From the human T2T-CHM13v2.0 reference genome, Homo sapiens: a stretch of 64,000 bases of DNA. The translations under genes and the position numbers were made by a program. The notes beneath the pieces are model-generated. The model searched no databases, was not told the DNA's origin, and worked only from the letters and a program-made list of their open reading frames with translations. Positions 1 through 14,435 of the stretch are shown piece after piece (positions within the stretch are counted from its first letter, which is position 1; every line of letters begins with the position of its first letter). The stretch lies in assembly GCF_009914755.1 (NCBI RefSeq), contig NC_060932.1; one strand, written 5' to 3'.

Positions 1-799
1 AGTACCTCTATTGAGACATTAATTTTGTCAATCACATTCCCTCCTGCCCTAAGACTTCTCTCATTTTCTTATCATTCCTTCTGATTGTAGGCTGCATTTA
101 TTTTATCAGTATAATATCCTCTCAAATCTCACTAGAAACTCTAATTGTAACTTTAAAATGCTGAATCGTAACAGATTCTGTGTTAACTCTTTCATGAAAG
201 TCATTCCATATACTTTCTTTGCCTGATCCTCCTGTTTTCCTATACTTCTCATAAAACAGGCACTTATCCATGGTATGTTAATATGCCCAAGGTTTAGAGT
301 ACTCCTGGTGCCCCTTTTAAACTGCATTGGATTTTGTTTCTTATCTGAAGACCCCCCACAACTATCCTCTAACTAAACAGGTTTTTTTAGATCCCATTGT
401 GAAAATCAAAGTCCCAGGTTTCTATGTGTTTTCTCATAAAGATAAGCTTGGGGAATAAGGCTGGGGCCAGCAACTCTACAAACAAGGCTCTGTCTGGATG
501 AGGTCTCCACTCTTTCAGTTAATTTTTCTTTGACTTCTTTCTGATGTGCTTCCTAGAAAAAGAGCTGTTGTCACTAGCCAAGAGGTTCCTCCTCTGAGAG
601 TGCTCAGCCTCAGGGTGTCTCCTCTCGGCCACTATTTGGCTGGGTGGCCCCATCTCCAATCCATGGCCTCCATGGCTCAGGTAAAGGGCTTTCTACCTGT
701 CTCTGAACAGCCAGCTCTTCCAGATTTTGCTCCTCCAACCCAATGAAAAATGTACAGCTCTTCTCAGAATTATCTTTCATTCCTACCCGACTCACTGAA

Positions 800-1368
800 C
801 AGTGTCAGTCAGAGCCCTGGCATCAGAAAGTAGTCATCTTGCGAGTTGGTAAGAATGACTGACAACAGTATAGGTTTGAAAAAGGAAAGTGTTATTGGAA
901 GGAAAGAAAACTGCAGTAGAGTTCAGCAACATGCTTCAGCAAAACAGGACTGAGTGTGCACCAATGTGCTTCAACAAAACAGGACTGAGTGTGCAGCAAG
1001 GTGCTTCAGCAAAACAGGACTGAGTATGTTGAGATGGATTTTTCCTTAGGGGTGTTTCTGGACCTTAAAGCAGGAGCTTAAGGGAAATTTGAACCATATT
1101 AGCCACATGGGTCATCATAAATGATTACATTTGTAGACATTGTGGTGCCTTGATGTCAACAAGGGTTGCGCAATGAGTTTCTACATGCATGCAATCCAGA
1201 GATGTATAGAAATTCTAGTTACTTATAAATTTGGGGGAAAGAAACATAGAACCAGATGCCTGCTTTAGATAATAGGAAAGTCTGATTAGTTGTAAATTCC
1301 TCAGTTAAGGAGTTTTGAATTTGGATGGTCTGCTTGATGGGCACCAGGTGATCTTTCCTCTCGTTAGT
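800..1368 (-). mobile_element. ERV1 solo LTR, MER67-like
   Basis: Reverse complement begins AAAGATCACCTGGTGCCCATCAAGCAGACCATCC...AAAACTCCTTAACTGAGGAATTT, like the recalled MER67 LTR 5' end. Confidence 0.6.
931..1030. repeat. 35-bp tandem repeat, about 3 copies
   Basis: TGCTTCARCAAAACAGGACTGAGT recurs with starts at 931, 966 and 1001. Confidence 0.92.
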
Positions 1369-1885
1369 GTCCACAAATCTGTCAGCTCCCAGTGCCTTCT
1401 TTTGGTTTTAATATACATTTTGCTGTTGGTTTCCTATGATTTCTGGGTAATAATCTTTGGGTTTGTGGTATTCAATTCTTTGTTTCTATCTTTTTTTTTC
1501 TTTTTAAATGTACTTACATGTTTCTGTTCATTTCCATGGGGTGGGGGGGTTGTAAACGTAAGTAATATATGCCATCATCTTTCCAGAAATCTGTCAATAT
1601 TTGATTTTTACTTGAACCTTTTATGGGATTTCATAAGAGAAAAAATGTACATAATCATATGTAAAGAAAAGCAAAAGGATTTCCTTAAAATTATTAATAA
1701 TTATCAATATGCTGCTATTAAATGTATATATGTGTGTATATATACACACACATATATATATCTCCACTCCCAACAACTTTTCTGAGCTTCAGACCACAGT
1801 TGCAACTGAATATCTGCATGAAACCGTCAAACTTAGTACTATCTTCATCAACACTTAACCTAGATTTTTAAAATGGAACTTACAG

Positions 1886-2268
<383 letters not shown>

Positions 2269-2799
2269 TTACCCAATCACTTGTAAACTAGGGTCAATTT
2301 GAAATAGAAGAGCGTTTTTGGAAGGAGCTCTGCTGTTGGAGAAATGTCAGGGTACTTTCCTCTCATCTCAAACTTAGGACAGGAAGCTGAATAGGGACCA
2401 CTCAGAAATCTCAGTTTGCCTTCCTTGGAACTTTGGGAGCACAGAGGACAGGTCTGTGGCTACTTTGTGGCTCATTGTTGGCTAGCTGCTTTGTGTCAGA
2501 CGAGTTGCCACCCAGGACATAATCTGTCCCTTCCAGTGTTTGTTGGAACAAAGAAACCTTAAGAGTTTCCATGTGCCAGACGTGAATCACATGGGAGAGA
2601 CTTCTATAACCAGCTGAATGGGGAATCTGGGAGGATAATAGTTCCAGCAGAAAATAGGAGGGTGAGAAGTAGTGAGAGAAGAGTGGCCGTGAGAGAACAG
2701 GCTTCACCGAAATCAAGGGAACCACAAATGGGATGCTTAGCCATTAAATATCAAAAAGATTGTCTTTCCTCTTCCCCTTCCCCTGGCATTTTCCCCCTT

Positions 2800-3000
2800 T
2801 ATTTTGCTTTGTTTTATTTTCAAAGAATTTCACTTCTAACATATCAGATGATTTGCATATTAATTATCTTCATTTGTCATCCAGGCTGTGATGTCAATGT
2901 GGGGGCAGGGATCTTTGTGTATATTGATCACTGATGAACAGAAGAGTACTTGGGTCACAAGAGGAGCTAGAGAAATGTTTGTGGAATTTGAACATGAATT
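2800..3000. mobile_element. L2 3' fragment
   Basis: GGGGCAGGGATCTTTGT...AAATGTTTGTGGAAT, L2 end-like. Confidence 0.5.
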
Positions 3001-4081
3001 CAGTTGGAATCTCCAAAGAACAATGGGACCACCCATGAAAGTAAACATTAAAGACCTTTCATGCCCAGAGAGCCGCAGGGTGTGAGCATCATGATCTAAC
3101 ACCAGTCAGAGAAGCAAGTTCCTTCTCTGATCTCCCCTTTCTGATCCCTCCCCACATGGAGCTACAATTCTGCAGAGGTCAGAGGTAGCCTAGTCAGCAG
3201 AATCTAGGAATAAAAACCTAGAAATGGTTAATAGAGATGAAACTGAGTCCTTTCACAATATACGTAGCCCACTCAAGGAATATCTGAGCTAAAATAAAGA
3301 GAAGATTTAATCCTAAATGAAATCCAGAGTTTCATTATTAGAATTACACTGGACTGAACATGTTCAAAAGCTGGATGGTTGGAAACTAGAAATAACTGGA
3401 GGAATGTTAAATTACCTAAAATTAACCTCAAATATCATGAAAGCTGCCAAAGATTTTATCCAAACACCCCCAGGGCTTTTAATGGACAGTTTCTAATTGC
3501 ATTCCCCGAGATACCCTATTTTACAGAGGCACTGGCATGGTAAAAAAAATCACCTTCTTCTCACTTGTAGCATTTCCCCTACTGTGAAAATTCTGGCTAT
3601 CCTTTAGGGAACACATGTCTGGAATTTTTTCTATAATATAACCAACAATTCAAATCCAGGGTCTATTTCCAATAACCCCTTCTTTTCTAGCATGTGATAA
3701 ATTGCATAAAGCCTATTAAGCACTTAATAGATGTTTGATGAGTGAATAAGTGATCACAGGAAAGGACATCTTGAGATCAAAGATTAAAAGCCTCTAGAAG
3801 CAGCAGGAAGGACAAACTGTGTATTCTGAAGTGTGCGCAAGTTAAAATTAGATAAGTAAAATGGGTACATATTCATTTTTTTAATACTCAGAAAAGGTCC
3901 AATCAAGTTGGACCTTGAATCGATAAACAGATGAATGAATGAATGAATACTAACATAAGTGAATATGTGAATAAATGGCTACACGTACACAGGCATGGTA
4001 AAAAGAGAAAACACACTTTTGTCGATTTATTTAATGCAAATGAAGTGGATTTAGACATTTGTCCCTGTTTTTCATTTTCAG

Positions 4082-4143
4082 GTGATCCTTGTCTTTGTAC
4101 TAAGCATTGGGTCTCTTATAATCTATTTCATCAATTCTGCTGA
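4082..4143 (+). CDS. KCNU1: KCNU1 exon (likely 3), S1: VILVFVLSIGSLIIYFINSA(D)
   Basis: ttttcag acceptor, gtgagt donor, 62 nt, phase 0 to 2. Confidence 0.95.
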
Positions 4144-5249
4144 GTGAGTACAATGTCCAGTCACACTTGTCTGCTATATCAGTACATTGCTCGGCTAATT
4201 TGGAATTTTCTCCTCAGGAATACTGCTTAATATACTTTCACACACACATGCACGCACACACACAAACTCATAAAAAGTGATATGTTTGGCTTCTCCCAGT
4301 AAGCACTAAGCCCAGCTCTGCAAAATATACAAGAGTTTCCTTGTATCCTGCCACTTTCCACTGCTAGGGGTCAGGGTGGTCTGCAACCCCCACCCGAGAT
4401 TTACTCTGGAGTCTCTGGGACACCAGCCTTCAGCTTTCTTTCCCTCACTTAGGCCACTCATGAAGGTTTTATATGTCTTTGGTTTCCTTAGATTTGGAGC
4501 AGAAACGCTGTCGTAGTTTCAGGGTTTCTCATAGGTTTCAAGCAACTTCGGATGGTATTGAGAAAGGAAAATGCCAGCCCTCACCTGTGACAAAGAAGCA
4601 AATTGTTGCCTGCTGTCCTCTGAAAGCATCCCCTCCTTATTTTTCAGGGTTAGGGCAGCTATTTTGGACAAAGCCCAATCTAATCTGAATTCCATGTCAA
4701 TCACTTGGGAATTATATTGGATTTCTAGCTAAAATGGAATTGGGATTGCAGGGCCACAGAAAGCCAAGCAACTTTAGAGAACCTAGGGAAACTGGTTGTC
4801 TTTGCATTGTGAATTCCTAAGAGATCTTTTAGGAGATTTTCTTTGAAATTGGTTCAGATCAATCCATTTGATCTAGAGTATCTCTGTATCAGAAGAGAAT
4901 TAATTCAAAATATACTGACTAGATAGATGATCTTGCAAACCAAGAAGAGCCCCATCATCTCTCTGGCTCTGAATCCCCATTGTTAAAATGGAAATAGAAC
5001 CAATACATCCTACAAAACAAATTATGGGTAATTTTCCTCTTATTTCCAGTGCTATTGGCAGTCCACTGGTTTTGTTCATGCATTCCTCTACTCCCAAGAG
5101 AAAAGTTAATTTCCTTGAGATCTTAACTTAAGTGTCTGGATTCATGGTGAATAAAGAAAAATTTTCCTATTCTTTCCCTTTAGTTGGTCTTATATAGACA
5201 CCACTTTAAAAATGTTTATCTTCACAAACTGTCCTTCTTTCTTTTCCAG

Positions 5250-5340
5250 CCCTGTTGGAAGCTGTTCATCATATGAAGACAAAACCATTCCTATTGATTT
5301 GGTTTTCAATGCTTTCTTTAGTTTCTATTTTGGATTGAGG
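5250..5340 (+). CDS. KCNU1: KCNU1 exon (4), S2: PVGSCSSYEDKTIPIDLVFNAFFSFYFGLR
   Basis: ttttccag acceptor, gtaagt donor, 91 nt, phase 2 to 0. Confidence 0.95.
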
Positions 5341-5909
5341 GTAAGTACCTATTGAAAGTGGGAGTGAATATCCAAACACCACAGGCACAACATACAGAGA
5401 ACTAACTGTGTCTCAGTCCTACAATCTGCCCGAGTTTTCAACTCTAAAGATAGCTAATCTGTGCCCTAACTTGTTAAATATATACTGATCCCTAAAAACT
5501 CTCTCTCCTGCACGTGAAACGCTAAACCAGGTTAAAAGTTCCAACACAACACGAAAGTAATTCTTTTGTTAAATGCCATCATCGTGTTCCCATGGCCTCC
5601 TTACTGGCTTCCCATCTTTACTAATAATGACAAGCGAGCAGAACTTGAGTAGCAAGTCTCTGGAGATGTCCTTAGCTCCACTGGTGGCATGCCTGCAATA
5701 CAACTGTGGAAAATAACTTTGTATCTTTGTTTCATTTTGTTACACTCATTTGTTAAATATTTCTCTCACTTTAGAGGTATTTATTAAGACCTGTTCTAGA
5801 TCTAGATTTCAATCTCTTCATTTCTTGTTTGTGGGAGACTAATGTGTGTATATAAAATATACACATATATGTATGTATATATAGGCATGCTATATATAAA
5901 AACATCTTA

Positions 5910-6162
5910 TTTTTTTTAGACATGGTCTTGCTTTGTCACCTAGGCTGCAGTACAGTGAAGCGTTCTTGGCTCACTGCAACCTCTACCTCCCAGGTTCCAG
6001 TGGTTCTCCTGCTTCGGCCTCCTGGGTAGCTGGGATTACAGGCAGCTGCAACCACGTGCAGCTAATCTTTATATTTTTGGTAGAGATGGGGTTTCGCCAT
6101 ATTGGTCAGGCTGGTCTCAAACTCCTGACCTCAAGCTATCTGCCTGCCTTGGCCTCCCAAAG
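5910..6162 (-). mobile_element. Alu, 5'-truncated
   Basis: Antisense Alu sequence ending at CCTCCCAAAG. Confidence 0.9.
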
Positions 6163-6323
6163 CATCCACATAGCATATAAATATATGTGTCTGTGTATAT
6201 GTAAAATAGAAGGAGATCAAGGCTTCAGCTGATAAGTAAAATGCAGCTGAATAATGCTATCTAGTGTTCACTTAAAATTCTTGAGGGTAACAGAATTTGT
6301 GTTATTCTGTTTCTATTTCATAG

Positions 6324-6435
6324 TTTATGGCAGCTGATGACAAGATCAAGTTCTGGCTGGAGATGAATTCAATCGTAGACATCTTTACCATCCCACCAAC
6401 CTTTATTTCTTATTATTTGAAGAGCAATTGGCTAG
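6324..6435 (+). CDS. KCNU1: KCNU1 exon (5), S3: [37 protein letters not shown]
   Basis: tttcatag acceptor, gtaagt donor, 112 nt, phase 0 to 1. Confidence 0.95.
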
Positions 6436-7104
6436 GTAAGTGTGCTCTGGGAACGGGTAGCAATATCTATGAATAAAATAAAAACTCAACATTCATTTGT
6501 AAGTATCTATTTTTCATTTGTTCTTAATGCCTGACTGTCATTTTAAAAACCTCTCACCTTAATAGTATGGTTTTGTCATACACTTGCAGAAACCTTTTGA
6601 CTTTAACCCTTAGCAATGCAGCAGGCACACAGTAGGTGTTCAATAGTTGTTGATAGAATTGACTGCATTTGTAATGTGAGAGGCAAGACTCCAATATCTC
6701 ATTCCCCTGGTAGCACCTTTATGCTGGGATCCCACAGGAGCTGGGGGAGATGAAAAACCTCCCTTTGTCATTAAAAGCTAATCATCATCTCCATATGTGC
6801 TATGGCATTTTAGAGAATTATTTAATTAGTTGTTTTGTCTTTAAGGTGAATGTGTTGACAGTGCATGGACATTATGTAGCTTTTATCAGTTTCGTGTAAT
6901 TTTATTGTATGATTTATTATCTATAAAATAAATATGAATTCCATTCCTTGCTAATGTTATTATCATACCACCTAAAGTAAAACATCATACAAACATTGTG
7001 AAGCATATCATAGAGATTGTATAGTCAGGAGTTTAAGTAGTTAAGGGAAATTTTGCTCTCCGTTCTAAAGAAGAGTTAAATAGAGTAAAATGAATAGTCC
7101 CCAT

Positions 7105-7290
7105 AATATGTGAGGCATGCTTCTACATGCTTGATATGGATGCTACAACTCTGTGAGGTTGGTACTATTATAATAGTACCATTTTACATTTTACATTCCC
7201 ATCTTACAGATAAGGAACTAGAGAAGGCGAGGGGATTGCCTTAGGTTACCACAGCGTCAGGGCTAGTATTTGAACTACAGCTTATGCTGT
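7105..7290. mobile_element. MIR
   Basis: CTCTGTGAGGTTGGTACTATT...CCCATCTTACAGATAAGGAACT core. Confidence 0.65.
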
Positions 7291-7429
7291 TAAGCCTATA
7301 ACATGAGAATAGATTTGGAACACGTCTAGAAGAAAAAGAATGTAAGTGATTCCAATGCTGTTATAACGTAGGCTCCCTCTGGAGTGACCCTCTGATTTTG
7401 GCAGCTTTCTCCTTTCCATTGGTTTGTAG

Positions 7430-7505
7430 GTTTAAGGTTCCTAAGAGCCTTGCGCCTGCTAGAACTCCCTCAAATCTTGCAAATTCTACGAGCCATCAAG
7501 ACCAG
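7430..7505 (+). CDS. KCNU1: KCNU1 exon (6), S4 voltage sensor: GLRFLRALRLLELPQILQILRAIKT
   Basis: tttgtag acceptor, gtaaat donor, 76 nt; RxxRxxR motif of Slo channels. Confidence 0.95.
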
Positions 7506-8541
7506 GTAAATAGCCCTGACCGAAGTACTGCTTACTTATTAGTTTGGATTAGAAAATGAATGTATTAACTGGACCCTAAACTCAATGCATTTCTTATCAG
7601 AATTTCAGTGCAAAGATCATGAAATCTCTCAGCTGCCAAAATATTATTTGTTCACATTCTCCCATTATATTACATCTTACACTAGCTGAAAACTTTGCAA
7701 TCATTTTAAAGAGCTGGTTTAGTCTTTGTTTTTTAAGCTATGGTGTATAAGTTTATTTAGGTTTTAATTCTAGGTCCCTCCACCAAAAAAAAAAAAAAAA
7801 GTCAAAGCAATTCAGAGGCATTGGTTCTATATATTTGCTTTAGTAACTCATGTCTCTCCTGGCTAGGTAAAAAAAAAAAGAAACACTTCTTCAGGCATTG
7901 GAATGTAAGACAATTCCTCGAAGCATACATTACCCAGCAGCAGCAAGCAGTGAACTACTGCTTGCAGAAATATAGCCACCTAAGTATTTCCAGACAATAA
8001 GAACACAATCCAAACTAGCTTTGAGCAGCAATACTTGTAAAATTTTGAGCAGTTTGGTCTGTTACCCAGTCAAAATCTCCATGCCTTGACAGTCAAACTA
8101 GAAGCATCAAATATTAGAGGCCAGGTGGATTTCACTGCTACGTGTTTATGAATTATGGAGAAGCTGGAGGAGGAAAGCCTGGTCCTGTGTGACGGGTGGT
8201 CCTGCCTGAAAACCAGAGAGATCTCAGCTAAGCTCTAGGGCTCTCCTTAGGTGACAAGGGCCCCTCTGATCTTTCTTCACTTAAAGACCTTGTTATCAGT
8301 CCAGCAGTCTGTGTGACTTTATATTTTTGTGTTCTGTTCAGAATTTTATTTTGCAAATCTGCTCCCTGGATTTCTACCCCTTGGATTCCTAGCATAATGC
8401 ATTGTATATTATTATATCGGACAATATAACAATCTCTATGATCCACATGTAGATATTTTAAAAAGTGATATGAGGCTAGTGGATATCGCAGCAAAAGTCA
8501 AACTTCCCAAACAAGTATATGTGACTGGGCGAGTTTCAGAG

Positions 8542-8697
8542 CTGTGTTTCTCAACCTCTAATGTGTATATGAATCAAGCAGAGAATCTTGTACCAATGCA
8601 GATTGGGAGATCGGGGCAGGGACTGGGATGCTGCATTTCGAATATGTTTTCGGGTAATGCCGTTCCTTCTGGTCCATGAGCCACACTTTGTGTAGCA
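8542..8697. mobile_element. MER5A-like hAT-Charlie MITE
   Basis: GTGTTTCTCAACCT...AATGCAGATT...CTGCATTT...CACACTTTGTGTAGCA. Confidence 0.7.
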
Positions 8698-8773
8698 ACA
8701 TCTTAGAGGATGAGGTGTTTATGTTGTTCTGGAATCTGTTAGACCCAACAGCTCTTTGTCTCTCTTCCTCTAG

Positions 8774-8849
8774 TAACTCAGTGAAGTTTTCCAAACTGCT
8801 GTCAATAATTCTCAGTACCTGGTTCACAGCTGCGGGATTCATTCACCTG
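8774..8849 (+). CDS. KCNU1: KCNU1 exon (7), S5: NSVKFSKLLSIILSTWFTAAGFIHL
   Basis: cctctag acceptor, gtaagc donor, 76 nt; visible inside ORF 8676..8951. Confidence 0.95.
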
Positions 8850-10084
8850 GTAAGCATCTCATCACAATCCCTAGTGGTGTCTGTTGTTACCAGCATCCAT
8901 TTTTTGAAAAATGGAAGGGAACCTGCTGAGCCCCTGTCTCCATCACTGTAAGCCAGTTGGAGGTGTGTCTTTCTACTTCCCATTTTCAGGTTTTCTTTAC
9001 CCTCATATTCTCACAAATATGCATCTCCTACAATCAAGGTGTCTCTGTTCCCTCTTCCAACTTTCAAAACCTACTCTTAAGGAAAGACCTAGTAAGCTCC
9101 AAAGGTATCAGCAATAGGTAAAATGTATCACTATATCTTATAAGGGTTCTAGCATTAAAAAAAGATTAAAAAGTGAAGGAAATGAAGCCAGTTACAGGAT
9201 TTCAGACTTATAAATGCTGGAGACTTATGAGGGAGGATTTACTGTTGCAAAGGGGAGTTTGGGGGCTTTCTTGATCCTCCTGAAATCAATCTGTACACCT
9301 AGCTGCCTCCTTTGCCTGTAGGAAAGTCTGGTTCTTATCCCACATAATGAGAAATCTAGGAAATGGATCTCAGCTATAGGAAAGGAACTCCTGGACTTTA
9401 CTTCTTGAGGACAGTTGAAGAGCAATCATTAGCAAATACAGAAATTGATGGGAGATGTTAAAAGCCCGCAAAAGCCTTTGAGATAAACAAAACAGAATGC
9501 ATAACAGGTCTTTTTTATCTGAGCCCTTCTCTCAAAATTAATATAAAACAATAACAATTTAAAAATGCATTAAAAAGTTACCATTGTTCAATTCAACAAG
9601 AAAAATGTCAAATGCAAACAAGGATATGAACCTTCAAGAAATCTGAAGCTCTCTACATCCTCCTCAGCACTCAGGAAGGAGAGAGATTTTCCTGAAGTGT
9701 CACAGCAGTAAAGGCTGATTCCTAGATTTAGAGAATTGAACCTTAGAGTCCTGGGCCCACCAGGGGATAAGCAGACATTAGTGTCCCTGTAGAAACCTCG
9801 TGGCCACCACAGGATGCTAAAGGAAAAGTCATTAGGACTTTTTTTTCTTTTTCCTTTAATAGCTGTTTCAATGAGGGGCTCAAAGGCTTAATGTGGCCTA
9901 CAAGCATATTACTATATTTGACCTAATTATGTTTTCACTTTTTGTTTGCTATTTTTTGTCACTCGCTGACTTTTATGAAGAGCTCATATAAAAATCAGAA
10001 TTTCTGAATTCTTTGGGAAAATATAAGGTTCTAATAATCCCACTCTCCCAAGGCCACCAACAGCCATAGCTGAAGAATAGCTTC

Positions 10085-10345
<261 letters not shown>

Positions 10346-10849
10346 CTATGTACAGCAGGTGCTCTTGGGTTTAACACAGTCTCTGCCAGGCCTACTTGAA
10401 ATCATTATAGTCTTGCTCCACTCCTCTAAGGATGTGAGCATGTTTCCCTGCTGGACATCTGGTCTCCCAGGAAAGGAGACCTCCAGCAAGGAAGTAAGCA
10501 CAGAAAAAAGGAGAAACAATCAGATGGCGTGTGAATTAGACAGTGCCACTTTGAGCCATACCAGTTTCTAGAATATTAAAAACCTAGAAAAGCTATATCC
10601 CAGAGAAAAGAAAATAGCAGATTTTATTGAGGGGATATTTGCAAAGACAAGCCAAAATAAAAGCTATGGTTGCCCTAACTCACCATCTTCCCATTCTCAC
10701 ACTATCCTTCAGCTAAATGATGATATCATTCAAAGACGAGTATTAACTAGAAAGGAATCAATATGGCACCTGTGCCTAAATTCTGCTAAAAATAACAAGA
10801 AGGTGTGTTGGAAAGCAGAGAAACCTTAGCATTATAGAAGTTACAAAAT

Positions 10850-11690
10850 AAAACAGTTATGAGAGCAACAATTAAGATAATTTGCCCAAGGGAACAAAGG
10901 AAAAGTTAAGAAAAAATGTCCTTTATATTTAAAAAATAAAAATAAGATTTTAGAAAAACTGGAAATGATCCTTCATAGAATATTTATACGGTTTGAACCA
11001 AGGGATTATTAAACAATAGAAGTAATTGAAAGTGGGCCAAAAGATATCAGAGAAAAATAAGAAGAAGTGTATTACAGACCTGAAAACCAAATTAGAGGGA
11101 AGCAAAATGTAACAAATTTGACAAAATCACATTCAGAAACATGGTGGACAGGACTGGAGCAAAAATCTTGACATGGAAAATAAAGATACTCAAATGTTTG
11201 TAAAGAAGAAACATGAAAGGACAATATTGATTCAACCTACTGTAAATATCATTAGGGTATTACAGAAAATAGCACAATAAATGGCACCAGAAAGATGTTT
11301 TAAAACAAGGTGTTGAACCTGTAGATTAAAGGATAGACTGTATTCCATGAAACATAATTCAAAATTATTAATTCTAATCATATATTGGAGCAGTTACGGA
11401 CGTCCTGGGATAAAAAAGATAATCCAAGCAGAACAAAACAGGGTCTATACAGGGGGGAACCAATGAGACTAGCTTCAAGTTTCTTGACAACATTGGTCAA
11501 TACCAGAAGATGATACAGCAGTGTCCATAAAGTTTGCATAAAAGAAAGTGTAACCTGTCCTGTCATTTTAAGCATGCAAGGGGAAATGCACCAGTGAGCT
11601 TCTTTTGAATCTGTATTAATAGCTTAATGATAAAATTCAGCCACACAGGAGATTAATGTAAAGAGAATTCAAGAATGGGGAAGCCATGGT
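10850..11690 (+). mobile_element. Ancient L1/HAL1 ORF1-region remnant
   Basis: A-rich strand; AATGAGACTAGCTTCAAGTTTCTTGACAACA...AGAAGATGA resembles the ORF1 3' part. Confidence 0.45.
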
Positions 11691-11706
11691 AAGAAGTAGT
11701 GGTAGT

Positions 11707-12453
<747 letters not shown>

Positions 12454-14264
12454 GTAGTGGTAATGATTACTGAATGGATAAAAAATAGAGCTAAGACATA
12501 ACCAAGGTAATTATCACTACAGACTAGAATGTAGATGCACAAATAAAAGTAATATAGCTAATATAAATGTTGATGGACAGGTAAGGGGAGAAGATAGAGT
12601 GTCCTCATATTTTTCTTCTTAGTGTATCTTATCTAAAGTTGAAACAAAGTTTAAAATAATAAGAATTCAGTTTTGAAATATGGAGTTAAAATAGATAATG
12701 ATTCAGTCTGTTAACATTAGTCCATAATACTTTACCTTAACTATATTTCCCACCTTGGACTGATGGGTCAATGTAACATGGTTAAGAGGAAGAACAGTGT
12801 GAATAAGTGGACCCACAGAAGGCTGCCATCTCCCTTCCTCCATAAACTAAAGAGATACTGAGAAAGTGGAAAGGGATTTGAAACACCAAATTATTACTCA
12901 TAAGGGCAGTGAGTTAAATTTTAAAGCGTTCTTTAAAAAATTATAAAGGATATCTCCAGTTTAAAATAAATTTAGTTTTACTTTGTACCTGTTGTGCAGG
13001 GATAATATTGAATCCCTGTACTACAACATTGTAAAAGACACTATGGGATTTTAGCTTAAAGGGAACCGTGCCAGTAAATATGAATGATTTAAATCTGTGT
13101 GACTTAAATTTGGTTTTCTTGTAATGTATGTCTTGGAAAACAGTGAAGACTCCAGAAGTCAGTGACTTTGCAACAGTATCCGCTATCAGCCATAAGACTT
13201 AAGAACAGACATATAATCCCATTCTTACTTTGGAGTGGAGTATTATAGGGGTCCACACTCTTAACCTATTCATTAAATTTAAGAAAGGATCAGCACTTGG
13301 CACATCACTTTTAAAAAGGGAACAAATATCTGAGCAAACTGCATGGTTTCTAATTTCCATCCTAGTTCTTAAAAACAAAACAAAAAGCCCACTTCCCCCA
13401 GTCAGACATCTCTAAGATTTTATCATCTTTTGTGCTAAATAGAAATGGAAAACATCTAGAAAATATGTGAGCTGAGGAGAAAAAAAGGTCTAAAAGAAAA
13501 AACAAAGAAATAAATATTTTATTATAAACTATACATGTATAAATGTATGTTATATATAATATATTATGTTACACAATATTTTACATATATTTATAAAAAA
13601 TTTATATATGATATAAATGTCTAAGTTACCTCATTTATCTAATATTAAAAATCTGATAAATCTAGTTTTCTTGAAAGGTGAAGACTCAAAGAAAAAATCA
13701 GAGGAAAATATTTTTAAAGGTTTTTTAAAAAAAAAAAATCACTGAAAAGACGATTGTGCAAAGAGGAAAATAACTTGGAAAATTGGTTTGTTTTTCTGTA
13801 GACACTAGCATTCTATGTGCTTAAGCTCACTGAAATGAAGTGCTCATTTAAGTGCTTCTTTCCTTAATGATAATCCTAATCTAGTTAAAAAGTGAGAATA
13901 TGTCATAATTGCTCAGTCTGAGAGCCTTTGGAGTACCCTGGCTCCAGGATGCAATGCTTGTGCCCACTTGAAAAGAGAGCCCAGAGGCATCTGTCCCCGG
14001 TGGAGCTTTTCAAATGCTGTGCTGCAGCTACAAGCCCCCTCAGATTTCGGCAATGATCACGATTAAGGAAACCAAGACTTTACACTCACTACCCATGATT
14101 TACAAACTCTTCCATTTATGTAAACTCTTCATAGCAACCTGAAAGCCATTTGGTATTTCATTTGGATTGAATGAAGTGCAATTAATCTAATGTTTTGCCT
14201 ATTCTTTAAAAATCTTCTCTTGGATTCTATTCAGATGTTTCCTGAGTCTTCTCTCTTTGGACAG

Positions 14265-14435
14265 GTGGAAAATTCTGGTGATCCCTGGCTCAAAGGTAGA
14301 AATTCACAGAATATATCATATTTTGAGTCAATTTACCTGGTCATGGCAACAACGTCAACCGTTGGATTTGGAGATGTGGTAGCCAAGACATCCTTAGGAC
14401 GGACCTTCATCATGTTCTTCACACTGGGGAGTTTG
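14265..14435 (+). CDS. KCNU1: KCNU1 exon (8), turret, pore helix, TVGFGD filter and S6
   Basis: ggacag acceptor, gtgaag donor, 171 nt phase 0-0; VENSGDPW...[21 protein letters not shown] in ORF 14190..14462. Confidence 0.96.

Noticed and set aside
1315-1785. 156-aa hydrophobic ORF
   Set aside because: T-rich low-complexity sequence running out of an LTR; starts at TTG and has no domain
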